DNA of 64,000 nt from Mytilus edulis (lineage: Eukaryota), in assembly GCF_963676685.1 (NCBI RefSeq), contig NC_092349.1:31124001-31188000 (forward strand), read 5' to 3'. Below are positions 1 through 12,216 of the stretch, in pieces. The translations under genes and the position numbers were made by a program. A model generated the notes under the pieces. That model made no database searches. It was not told where the DNA came from and was given only the letters and a program-made list of their open reading frames with translations. How positions within the stretch are numbered: position 1 is the stretch's first letter; each line of letters starts with the position of its first letter.

Positions 1-497
1 TTTACTAGACAACATTTTTGTTCGCTTTGGAGATTCCGTATATCGTATGGTTATCGGAGTTCCAATGAGGACTAACTGCTCAACACTTATTGTGGACCTA
101 TTTTTGCATTGCTATGCGTTACAATTGATGACAAAAATCATCAAAGACCCATCGAAACAACATCTGATACAAAAATTTAATAATACTTTTAGATATATGG
201 ATGATATATTAGTTCTCAATAATGACGACTTCAGTATATATACTAAAGAAATATATCCTGTTGAACTTACTTTAAATAAACCTAATACCAACAATGAACA
301 CTGCCCTCTCCGCGATCTTGATATCTATATCATAAACGGAAAGCTTAATACTAAAATGTATGATAAAAGATATGATTTTTCATTTCCTGTCGTAAATTAT
401 CCATTTTTAAATGGTGACGTTCCCTTGTCACTATCTTACGGTGTTTATATATCTCAACTTGTACGATTCGCTCTTGTACGTAACAACGTTTTAGATA
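1..497 (+). mobile_element. Penelope-like element (Naiad/Chlamys-type) reverse transcriptase fragment, degenerate
   Basis: Translation LLDNIFVRFGDSVYR..IGVPMRTNC..DLFL..FRYMDD..YDKRYDFSFPVVNYPFL..SYGVYISQLVRFA matches the PLE RT core and thumb; cut at about 497 by the next element. Confidence 0.8.
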
Positions 498-499
498 TA

Positions 500-3247
500 A
501 TGTTATATATGTATATACTCCCATTGACGATAATCATCTCATACAAGGATGGATGGGTGGCTGGGTAAACATAATAACGAATGTTGCTACGTTGAACTAT
601 AGGCAAACTTCGAATTACTTTATTTTCTCAGACTAACCCCTTAAGTAATACGAAAATCATGAGGGCATATATCCGTAAACCCTGCATTATGGGTATATGC
701 CATCCAATCAAATTAAACGTAAACACACACCATGTGCTTGATATAAACACACACACTTGTTTATAGTAAAAAAATCACTTGATCGATACAACGTCATGTG
801 ACTTAACACCTTTAATAAATATTTGTATATTCTAATTCGCCAGCTCAAACGAATTTAAATTATTTAATAAATTAAACAACACATAAATAGGATAAGACTG
901 CCTACAGCTGTACCAGCCTTTCGAAAGACAAAAAAGGCCAAGAAGATCTGAACAAAGAATAATACATATATAAAGTATATTTTTGAAAATTATATTCCCA
1001 AACTTTTAGACACAGTCAGTTATTCTTTAATATTTTCTCTTACATAGACATCTTTTGCTTTATCTGAAGCCAATCTACCATCCTTCTTAAATAATCTATC
1101 ATGAATGCTAGCTGATGCAGCTGCAGTAGCTCCATCTGATCTAAAGCTATGTAATCCAAATTTGGACTTGATAAATGATAAAGGTTTAAGACATCTCAGT
1201 TCATAAGACTTAGATTTTTCACATAAATACATGGATTTGAATATATTATCTGAAGATGATGCGTCAATATTGGATAATAATAAATATTTTCCCAACATAC
1301 TAACAGGGCATGTTTCTGTATCTGTTCTAGCAATTAAAACCTGTGTGCCTTCTCTATAATGATCAGTTTTGCTTTTCTGTATGAGCAAAGAGACATGTGT
1401 ATCACTACATTTTAAATCAGATCTTTTTAAATATACCATTTAGGAAAATCTTAAAAACCCTGCATAGCTAATACGACACATACAACAAATTATAATTTTA
1501 TAAGATTGTTACATAGACCATATTTATCAACAATTTTCCTTAAAATATCTGGCGCAATTGGTTCTTTTTTATGTACAATAACATTGTCCAATCTTTCTAT
1601 GAGCTCCTTCTTTAACCGATATACACAACTGTGAATTACACGGATTGGGATAGCTAGCTAGTTTATGAGCCCAGCTTGTTGCATATTATGCTTCTTCAAC
1701 CTTATAATACGAATTAAATGTCTATGATAAGTGTATTAAGTACAATGAAACATAAAAATCTGATGCTGGTAAAGGTTTGACGTAAGAATAGTTATTACAA
1801 CACTTACAGAAATTGTTAAATGCATATGAATATTTTCTTTTGGTATTCTTTGCTTTCGAACGCACACAGAACTCAGGTAGGCAATTAGATAGATATGACA
1901 ATTTTTGGTCGACTGGCTTAGGCAAGGATTTCAATACTCCACATGAAAAAATATCTGAAAAACGGGCATATGAAATAGAAATATAATTTACTATACTACT
2001 AGCTTACAATATATTTAAATGACCTTGCCAGATTTATTTTTCACACTGGTCATGCCAGGGAGACCTTGCCTATTAAATTTGGCCTTGTCATCAACATACG
2101 AGCTTGCCAATATATTGGCCTTATCTTTTGCTATGCCACCTTGCTCAACAGCCTTGTCGTAAATTCTTACGTGAACTCAGCATTCAATCTCATAGCTAAA
2201 ACACATTGTCCAAACTGACGAGGAAGGCCATTTTGAAACTATCAAAGTGCCTCTAGCCGTACATTAACTCAAATATTTAATTGCTCTACAGACAACAGAA
2301 ATTGGAGAAACAATCTAATTAACTTCATTATTCAAATATTGCGTAAACTCATCAACTGTTTCAACACCTGGACTCCAGAATTTAGAATTAAACCTGGGTA
2401 ATGTTTTATTTAATTACTCGCAAACCTGTCCACAGTATGCGGACCTCAATACCATCTACAAATTAAAAAAAATCTATGTTTGTTCCCCAGTCTTTTATAT
2501 CAATCATTTTTGAAATATAATCAGCTTTAGTATTTTAGATCTCGGAATCCAAACAACATCAAACGTTATATTCAATTCAGAACACAATTGAAAAATATTC
2601 ATAACTATCTCTTGTAAATGCACTTTTGCACTTCCTTTCTGAATGATGAAGACTCAGTTATTATTATCTTTATGCCATTAACACATTTATTTCTAACAAA
2701 GACGTTTTCACAAATGATAAACATTCGGAAGCTTCTTGTTTATTTTTACCCATTCCAAGTCCATCATCTAAGTAAAGTACAATATCTACGCCATTTTCCC
2801 GCCAGTATTGTACGATTTGACGATTAGACATTTTGTAAAAAGATATGGAGCAGATGATAGACAAAAGACTAACACTATAAAACAGTAAAATTTATTGTCC
2901 AGCAAAATCATTAATATGTTTGTTGTTTAGTACATACGGCATAATGAAAATAACCAGACTTCTGATCAAATTTAAATTGATAGCAATCTTTGTTGAAATA
3001 GTTCCACGCCACTTTCAAGTCTTCAAATTGTATTCTTTCTTTTTTTAATAAAAACCATTCAGTTCACTTAAAATCAGACGTTTATTGCCCGAATTTTGTA
3101 CTGCAACACTAAGCAGATTTACAACAAATGGTTGAAATGGAGTTTCAATAACAACAAACACCATGTGCTTGATATAAACACACTCACGTGTTTATAGTAA
3201 ACAATCACTTCACCGTTACAACGTCATGTGACTTAATACCTTTAATA
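500..3247 (-). mobile_element. Degenerate DIRS/Ngaro-like tyrosine-recombinase retrotransposon (RT-RNaseH-MT + YR), gag region missing
   Basis: YR motifs HSFRSDGATAAA..DRLFKKDGRL..AKDVYV (1020-1439); RT VVNLLSVAVQNSGNKRLIL (3061-3150) and IVLYLDDG (2670-2864); WIPRSKNTKADYISK and RFNSKFW (2350-2600); ~90-bp direct repeat at 727-817 and 3158-3247. Left boundary approximate. Confidence 0.8.
1020..1940 (-). pseudogene. Tyrosine recombinase of the DIRS/Ngaro-like element, frameshifted
   Basis: ORF pieces 1722-1934 (N-terminal SKAKNTKRKY) and 1020-1439 (KSKTDHYREG, HSFRS, catalytic Y in KDVYV). Confidence 0.8.
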
Positions 3248-3249
3248 TC

Positions 3250-4580
3250 TAGCTTAAAATATTTTCCCTATGGTCATGTCATTATAGGAGACCTCAACAT
3301 CGTCGAAGACCGTGAGATCATAATCCGTCCTCCATCTATAATAGATTGGCAACAGTGTCGGCACATCATTAAAGACGCTGCTCTGTCTGCCTACTGTAAA
3401 AACTAGTGCAAACGTGAAAAATCTGACAAAAAATCTTAGACAGTTATTTGAATAAAATTATGAATACTGTTTATATTCGAATATCTCATTTAGAAAACAA
3501 TTCTGAAAATAATAATAGGAACCATGCTATTCCCATTTATATAATAAAAAATAAAATCAAGGTACTCGCAGATCGGTTTGTGTTCGTACCGACAGACAAG
3601 GCAGCCAATAATGTAGTGTTTGTGTGACGCATATACTACACGGAAGTTCTTCAAAACGAAATTATCAATTCCTCTACATTCAGGTCAGTGCGCACCACAG
3701 AGAGTCAAATCGTTAACAAGAATACCACTGCCATTACCTAGCTTAAAGCATCTTCCGAACATTTGAAAGTCCCCACCATGTATTGGTTACCGAAATTACA
3801 CAAAAAAAAACCATTTAAATTCCGTTTCATCTCCGCTTCGAGTAAGTGTTCTACTACTAATCTATCAGTGCTTCTATTTACCTCCTTTACTACTATCAAA
3901 GAACTGGTTATTAACTTTTGTAATAAAGCTTATGAAAATAATGGTATTAATTATCTTTGGGGTGTTGAACATTCTTTAGAGGTTTAATATAAAATACATG
4001 CTTTGATGGTCCTTATAATTCTGTTGACAGTTATGATTGTTCTACTCTGTACACTAATCTTCAACACAATGTTATTATGAAAAAGTTTTTGTATTTGATA
4101 AAATGGTCTTTCGAAAATTCTCATTGTAAATTTTTTTGCTGTAACTCGATTAAAGCCTTTTTCTGTAACCAAAAAGGAAAGAATGCTAGATACACTTACT
4201 GGAAATGTGAGGATGTGATTGAAGCTTTCTGCTAGAAAACATTTATGTACGTTTCGGCGATAAAGTGTATCGTCAGGTAGTAGGTATTCCTATGGGCACT
4301 TACTGTGCCCCTATAATAGCAGATTTATTTTTATATTGCTATGAATCTCAGTTTATGACCAAAATCAGTAAAGATCCATCATTGTTATATTTGGTTGATA
4401 AATTCAAAAATACCTAATGTTATCTGGAACGTAATCAATGCATCACTGGGAAATTGTTGTGTCAGGGATTTCGATACCATAGATTACTCAAAACTTTTAC
4501 TAAATTCTTTCATAGATACAAAGATTTGATTAGTAAATTTGGCTGTACCTGGTATTTCACATCCTCAATTTTATGATAAT
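3250..4580 (+). mobile_element. Second Naiad-type Penelope RT relic
   Basis: GHVIIGDLNIV, FVFVPTDKAANNVVFV*RIYY, PTMYWLPKLHK.PFKFRFISASSKCST, ENIYVRFGDKVYRQVVGIPMG; multiple stops and frameshifts. Confidence 0.8.
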
Positions 4581-4849
4581 TTTGTACTTAAAGTGATGTA
4601 CTTTTGTTAATATTGACTTATACAAAAATATGATTTCAATGAAAAGACAAAATCAGGACATTTTTTTTTATCAAATTACGCCACTGTTTTGACCAACCAG
4701 TAACCTATCTTTTTTATTATATTTAAATTTACGAAACCATCCTGAGTTACCTAAAATACTGAATTAAAATACCGGCATTTAGTAACGAATAAGAACTATT
4801 AGAAGATTTTGTTTATGTCAACGAAGATGTAAACTTATAATGTTCAGGT

Positions 4850-5035
4850 TGTATTTAGACAATAACAATCAAAACCAAGGAGTAAAAAAAGACTCACAAA
4901 ACCGAAGGACATTTACATCAACAGTTATAAATAATAATTAAGAAACAACACGCACTCCACTTAAAACCGGGAGGGAAATCAGGTGCTCCGGAAGGGTAAG
5001 CATTTCCTGCAACGTATACGGCACCCGTCGTGTTA
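4850..5035 (-). repeat. Dispersed repeat, 3' end of a Naiad-type PLE (acgacgggtgc...ggagcacctga motif)
   Basis: Same motif recurs near 6900-6985(-), 8060-8270(+), 17780-17850(-), 45345-45555, 45865-46075, 56628-56835, 57140-57360, 58615-58835. Confidence 0.6.
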
Positions 5036-6073
5036 TGTCTTTGTTCACCTCGGTAATTAGAACAGTCAATCCCGATGTATCAAAATTATTGATTTTGAAT
5101 ACATACAAAGTCATATAGTTTTCTATATGAACAGATAAATCGGTCTCATCATCAAATGATTAGAATATGTTAGCAATCATTGATTTATTTACTGAATGTA
5201 TATGCAACAGTATGCATCCTAATGTTTCAAAAGTGTTGATAACGAAAACGACTACACATTACGCCAACATGGATATCTTTAGAGTTTATCTTTGCTGATT
5301 ATGTGATACACTCGTATGAATAATCATCGTATCATTGATGCCACCACAAACTGTGTAAACGCGCGGTTTCTGTTTTCCATTATAACACGGATGGAAACAA
5401 AAAAGTGAACGCACATTGACGTTCTATATCAACAGAAAGTTCAATGTAATGCTGAGTAAACGAGGCGTTTATATAAATTGCAGGTGAACGGTGTGTTTTT
5501 TTTAAATGTATGCTTGATCTACACTGTATGCGAAGAGTCCCTTTTCAACATAACAAATAATATCGATTTACGTCATATTAACTGAAACTAATATAACCGA
5601 TCTTTCGCTGTAAACACAAATCTTCAACGAATAGACCGGCTGATCCTACAAAGCATTATCATGAAAAATAATTACTATATAGCCATTATGATTTCTGGAA
5701 TAAAATTACCAATCTATTATTTTAAAATCTTAATAATCATGTGTTTGACGGAAGATAGCAATCAGATGTTCCAAGACATTATTGGATAAGTTGTAAAATT
5801 GCAAACTTAATAAATTTTTGTTTTCAATAAAGATCCCTGTTTGTTTGGATAATTTAAACCTCATGGACACCAATTGTGTACGTTTATTAGCTGTTTAAAA
5901 ATCAAAATTTATAAGATACAGGATTTATCCAACATGTTAATTTATATGATGACATCGTTGTTGGCTAAATGTTATTTAGTTTCTCTTATTGACACTATCT
6001 TTAAGTATAATTTACTATAAAGTCGTTCATGTTTTGTATACATGATTTGCAAACTGCCAACTTTTAAATTCAG

Positions 6074-6175
6074 ATAGGTGATAATGCCTTACACTTAGCT
6101 GCTAGAGATGGACAGTCCGACGTAGTGCAATGTTTACTAAAAAGAACAGATTTAGATCTTAATCAAGGAAATAGG
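6074..6175 (+). CDS. Ankyrin-repeat exon A1 (IGDNALHLAARDGQSDVVQCLLKRTDLDLNQGNR)
   Basis: ttcag|102 nt open|gtatgt. Confidence 0.9.
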
Positions 6176-7434
6176 GTATGTACTTTATTTGTTATAAGGA
6201 TTGTTTACATCGAAAAGTTACAGAGTATGATTTCACTCTGACTCTTTGTCTCTCACTTTGAATCTATAGTATTTAGAATGATAAAATAATGAATGGGATG
6301 GATAATGAACATCATATGTAAATCAATTTGCGGCAAGTATTGCAAGAAAAGTGTATTAAATTTCATAACACTATGTCAATATCAAATGAGCTTGTAATTT
6401 GAAAACAGCCAATAATTTCATTTTCAAATACAACATCATGTTATCTAATCAGAATGAAACTGTATAAAACAATAGAAAAAAATATGTGGTATGAAAGCCA
6501 AATAGACACCTACCTGTCTACAAGAGACTACATGACATAAAAGTTAATTACCAAAGGTCACCGTAGACATTAAACAATGAGCCATACCGATTCCGAATAG
6601 TAAACTAAAATCGGCGAAAACCAAATATAATATAAAGCAGCAAATGATAACCACTGATTTCGATTTAACTTTGCAAAACTAGCTCATAGATAATTTAAAT
6701 TTTTACCACTATTAACACACAAATAAACGCCAATATCTGAATAAAAAAAAAGAGACGGAAGATAACGAAGTGATGTTTGAACTGATAGGTCGAATACACA
6801 CACACAGTCATAGGAAACATGACAAAACGACATAAAGAACGAACAACAAACTACAAAACACTACATAGAAAAATAGAGACTAAGTAACTAGACCCTCACG
6901 AACAACCGAAGTGATCGCAGGTGCTCCTGAAAGGTAAACAGTTGCTGCTTTGCTGGTATCACCCATGTGTTGGTCGTGATAGTTCACATGCGGTGATAAG
7001 TATAATTGGCTATGTAAGATCATGTAAGGAAAAGAGTTGTGGATGGTGGTTACGATATAACACTTTATAGTGTTCATATAACTTGTTATGCCCCCTTTAA
7101 GTTTTCAAAAGGATGACGTCAACTATAAAACTTGGAATCCTTAGTTTGAATAGCTTCCTTGTATGATACAACCCTATCTAATTGATTCAAGATAATATAT
7201 ACATGTACAAGCTCTGGAATATAGATGATGTCAGTTTTAACTAGGGATGTGAACTCAGTAAATATTAACTTATTTAGTACTCGCTCGCAAAATCATCTAA
7301 AAAATATATATAGAAAATTATTCCAATTTTATGTATTGTGTGTAGTTGTCTCATGGAATTAAAAGCCTCAACATTATTTCCTGGGACTAGTTAGTAGTAA
7401 GTTACCAAAGATACCAGGACTATAATAGATTATA

Positions 7435-7918
7435 CAGTCCTTGGATGGTGTAAACTTCCCACTAACACCATACACCATTACACCATACACCATTACACCA
7501 TTACACCATACAACATACACCATTACACCATTACACCATACACCTTGTACCAGTACACCATACACGTTACACCTTTGCACCATACACATAAAACATTACA
7601 CCATACACCATTCGCCATTCTATCTACACGATCCGAAATTACACATAAAGCAATTACACTTCAAATATTAAGATTATTATTATTGTTTATGTTTACAATT
7701 CGAGAAAATGAAATAAAAAGAACTTCGTTTTTAACCAATGAAATGTCGTACACCATCATTCACACCATTCCCGATCACACGTTACACAATCACACAGTTC
7801 CTAAAACACCATTACACCATACACCATAGCACCATACACCTTACACCATTGCATCAAATGCCATACACCACTACACCATACACGTTTTTTTTGGGAGGTT
7901 TACACCATTCAAGGGCTG
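7435..7918. mobile_element. MITE with ~26-bp TIRs, TA target duplication and internal (TACACCAT)-like tandem repeats
   Basis: ta|cagtccttggatggtgtaaacttccc ... gggaggtttacaccattcaagggctg|ta. Confidence 0.8.
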
Positions 7919-7949
7919 TAGTACCAGACATTTTATACCATAATTAATA

Positions 7950-8271
7950 CGTTTCACAAATGATATCGGATATGTTCCTCACGTCGATACTACAAACTCC
8001 TTCCATTTCATGAATGTGACCTACCGAATAAGACTATTTACCGCATTTATTATCACATAATCAACACGACGGGTGCAACATGTGAAGCAGGATTTTCTTA
8101 CCCTTCCGGCGTTTTTTGGTGGGGTTCGTGTTGTTTATTCTTTAGTTTTCTATGTTATGTCATGTGTACTATTGTTTGTCTGTTTGTCTGTTTCTTTTTA
8201 GCCATGGCGTTGTCAGTTTATTTTGGATTTATGAGTTTGACTGTCCCTCTGGTTTCTTTTGTCCCTCTTTT
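7950..8271 (+). mobile_element. 3' end of Naiad-type PLE (RT C-terminus VSQMISDMF + 3'UTR)
   Basis: gtttcacaaatgatatcggatatgttc followed by the acacgacgggtgc repeat. Confidence 0.6.
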
Positions 8272-10101
8272 GTGTCTGTGTATTAGCTAACGGTGGACAT
8301 TTTTACCCCTTCTTAAACTGTGGTTTACTGTTTACGTCGTCTAGTCTTTTAAGAACCGAACATGACCTTTTTTTCCGAATTAGTCAATTTGGGAGTGTGA
8401 ATTCGCATTTTTATAAGACAATTGACGGTATTTGTTTATCGCACACTCATGTAGTTAGTGATGATGTTGTATTTGGAATTCTGATCGGATAATGTAAAAT
8501 GTCTTATCGTTTAATTGTTATTGTAACTTTATTATTTCTGTTAATTTATACGATTTTAGTTATAGCAACTATATGCACACGATCTATTTGTGGATCGTGT
8601 TTTGATTTAGAAAGTATACCGACATAACAAGATAATACAATTAATGATTTAATTACTAACACAATTCTATATCGATTGTATTGTAATTGTTATTAAATAC
8701 TTCAAACGACATGATTACGAACCTGATCTTGAATTGTAAATTTTTTGGGAAATTTACCTGTGACGTCACTTTTGTCGTTGATTCATTTGTGTGACATAAA
8801 GTTCGTGGTTCTGTTGTGCGGTTTTGGTGCGCTGTCTAAGAGTTGTTTTACGTGTTCATTTTTTTTTCTGTGGTTAGCTTTTCGAAATGAACTATGGTAT
8901 AGTCTTTTTATTATGTGTATGTGTACCTGAATATAATGTTGTCATTTTAGTGTTATATTGAATATTACCCGGACAGGGCGATGTTTAACTATCCTCAAAA
9001 CCATTTTTTTTCTTAAAATGTCCTGTACCGAAATTTTGTTTTACTTTTTGTTTTAAAAGTTTTTTTTTTAAAGTTCGTTTCTGTGTGTGTTGCATTGTCG
9101 ATTATATTTTGTTGCACTTCAGTATTTATGTTGTTTCGTTGTTTTCCTCTTATTGTTAATTTGTTTCCCTCGGTTTTAATTTGCAACTTTTTTATTTGTT
9201 TTCTGTCTATCGCTTTACGACTTTCGAACAATGCGATTCTACTGTTGCCTTTATTTAGGTCGTAATTAATTCAATTGCAATAAGATGTTAATTTAGACTA
9301 TGCTTCGTTGATTTATGGCAACTGTATAAGCAGTGATCCTATATCAAGTAAATAATGATAATTAAAAACCAGGATCATAATAATTGTGTACGCAAGACGC
9401 GCGTTTCGTCCACAAAACATTCACGAGTTCGAAATAGAAGAGCATTGAGGACTAATCATTCCGAAAGATAATTCAGAAAAATAAGTGCAATCTCTGGAAT
9501 ATTGTTGCTACATATAATTGACAAGTTCACATTTGAAAACCTACGATATTCTCTTTTGTCCAAAATCTACCATATTGTCAATTTATATGTATAGGTCAGA
9601 ATATAAGCATATTTTACTGTATATGCAGAGACATTATTTCAAGTCCGATGGGATAGATTGATTCATCGATTTTTGCATACTTTGGTGAACTAGATGCATA
9701 CTTTCATTTTTTTATAGAGATGATATCATTTATATAGCGGGAAAAGTGTCATCTGTTGTCATTCTCTTTGTGAATCTAGTGCATAAAGTCAGTATTATAT
9801 GAATTATAAAATAACTCGATAGGGAGTGTACCATAGTTCGATCCTTTTGGAGTGTCAATTGTATGTTTTAAAACACGTCCACCAATCGAAAAAAATATGT
9901 TATGATTGATAAAAAACGGTGCTAAAGTTCATTAAGTAAATGTGTGGTTTTAAAATGATTGATACAAAACGGTCCTAAAGATCATAAGGTAAATGTGTGG
10001 TTTTAAAAGCGTAATAATTTTTTCTCATCATAAAATTAAGTTCTGTAGAGTAGTTCATTTTTCTGTATGATACTGTTTATATCGTCATCTTTTAATTTCA
10101 G

Positions 10102-10203
10102 GACGGTAACACCCCCCTACACTTAGCTGCATTAAGAGGTAATCTCCGAATAGTTCAATTGTTATTAGAAAGAACAGACACAGATCAAAATAAAGGAAAC
10201 AAG
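10102..10203 (+). CDS. Ankyrin-repeat exon A2 (DGNTPLHLAALRGNLRIVQLLLERTDTDQNKGNK)
   Basis: tttcag|102 nt open|gtatgg. Confidence 0.92.
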
Positions 10204-10875
10204 GTATGGTATGAAATGTTCACTAGAATAGGTAATATTCTGAATTATTCTGCACTGTAACAGGTTTATTATGCAGTTTTGTATTTCTTGGGCCTATTAA
10301 AGGCAATTTGGAAATTATATCTAGTCTGGTTCATCTAGATTTAAAGTGATATTACATTTTTTTATCATCCTCTGCAACTATGATTTTTTGGTTTCGAGCC
10401 ATTCAAAATCAAATTTGGCGAATATATAGTTATCAAATGTACCATGATGAATAAATTGAGAGGAACTTTAATAAATGTCATATGCATACCAAATTCGGCT
10501 TGTATTGCATTATCCTGTAAAATTTCATCAGAATGTGTCAAGGCTTCTCACAAATCAGTTTGGTTATTAAAAAAATCCACAAATAGAGTGGAATGGTTAT
10601 GAAATTCCTAGCATAGCACTTGCTTTCGTGGTTTGCCTTTGTCAAAGTTACCTTCAAAAGAGATTGAAGATTCTATAGAGAATATTGAAAATTTGGTTGG
10701 ATTGTTGTCTCCTTGACACATTCCCTATATCCATTCTCAATTTAAATACTATGGTAGTGGTATGATATAAATACTGCATGGAAGATCTTAAAAAATCCTG
10801 TACATTCACGACGGTGCACTACACAGAGAGTCAAATACTAAATAATCATAGCATTACCATGATTACCACACCTGG

Positions 10876-11123
10876 GGAATCGATGGCTGAGTTGTATAGG
10901 TGGTCGAGCTACTTTGTCACTAGCCTGTCAACACTGATGTTGTGAGTTCGTTCTGCACGGGTTACGTGCACTCGACTCTTATCGTCATTGACTAGGATTG
11001 TCAGTCTTCCTACCGAAGGTCGTTTTTTTTTCTTGGCACTCTGAATTCCGCCACCAATAAACTGACCGCCACGAAACAGCACAATAGTGTTGAAAGCGGC
11101 GTTAAACACCAGTCAATCAATCA
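10876..11123 (+). mobile_element. tRNA-derived SINE (V-domain-like), degenerate
   Basis: A-box-like tggctgagttg, B-box-like gagttcg, body ggcactctgaattccgccaccaataaactgaccgccacg..gcgttaaacacc, (caat)n tail. Confidence 0.6.
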
Positions 11124-11769
11124 TTAATATACCTCATCATTTAGCCTCTTTTAACATATGCATGTTTGTACTATTAATTATAATTTCAGTGCTTTTAACT
11201 AATTTCCTTACTACTGTCAAAGAGGTCACCATAAATGGTTTGTAACACAGCATCTTCAAAAAATTGATTTACTTTTCATTGGAGTGGTATTGTTTGTTTA
11301 GATGATTTAAATAAAACTCGTGCAATTGATGATCATTCAAATTTGGTTGACAGCTTTGACCCTTAAACCCTCTACTCTACCGGTCAATACAAATAGCATA
11401 GACTGTTCAATATTAATAAATTGTCTTTTAGAAAAAATAGACTGCAATTTACTGATGTAACTCTTATAAAGCCTATGAAAAGAGTACATATATGCTAGAT
11501 ATATTGAATTGAAATGTATTGAGATCAAAGCGTACATACATGTACATGTTTTCTTTGAAAATGTTTCGACAATAAAGTGTATCGCGAGGGTATTTCTTTG
11601 GACACTACGTGGACCCACTCTTTTAGTCGCAATTCGTAGGAAAGGTGGCCATTTTCAAATTGGCAATGATTGGCGGAGGTTTGATTTCTGTAAAATACTT
11701 AAAAAAAATATATTAGTTAAGCTTTTAACACTCAAACTGATAAAAAAAAAGTGGCACTGCTTAAATCTA

Positions 11770-12065
11770 GATATAGGAAGATGTGGTGTGAGCGCCAGTG
11801 AGACAACTCTCCATCCAAATAACAATTTATAAAAGTAAACAATTATAGGTCTATGTACTGGTTTCAACACGGAGCCTTGGCTTACACCGAACAACAAGCT
11901 ATAAAGGGCCCCAAAACTACTAGTGTAAAACCATTCAAACGGGAAAACCAACGGTCTAATCTATAATTAAAAAGGAGAAACGAGAAACACGTATAAATTA
12001 CATCAACAAACTACTGCACATCAGAATCCTGACTTAGGACTAGTGCAAACATTTACATTATACAT
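11770..12065. repeat. Dispersed SINE-like repeat (gaagatgtggt..gccaatgagacaactctcca family)
   Basis: Degenerate relatives at about 6480-6660, 31485-31670, 35995-36100, 37495-37620. Confidence 0.6.
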
Positions 12066-12216
12066 GTTATAACATTGCCATTTGAACAAAATGTTTTTAA
12101 ATGTTACCCTTATTAAGTGGTCACCCGATCGACGATGTTCGGTGACATATTGCTTTTCATCTAATTCTTTTTGTCTTATTATTGTCATTCTTCGACCTAA
12201 TTTTGTTAATACATGT

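Noticed and set aside
5270-5490. Possible first coding exon (caacATGGATATC at about 5269; MLSKRGVYINC near 5449-5483)
   Set aside because: No convincing donor in phase 0 and no clear homology; cannot be supported
7374-7947. His/Thr/Pro-rich ORFs
   Set aside because: Translations of the internal tandem repeats of a MITE
9390-9428. Antisense hammerhead copy
   Set aside because: GAAACGCGCGUC half present but the CUGAUGA core is destroyed
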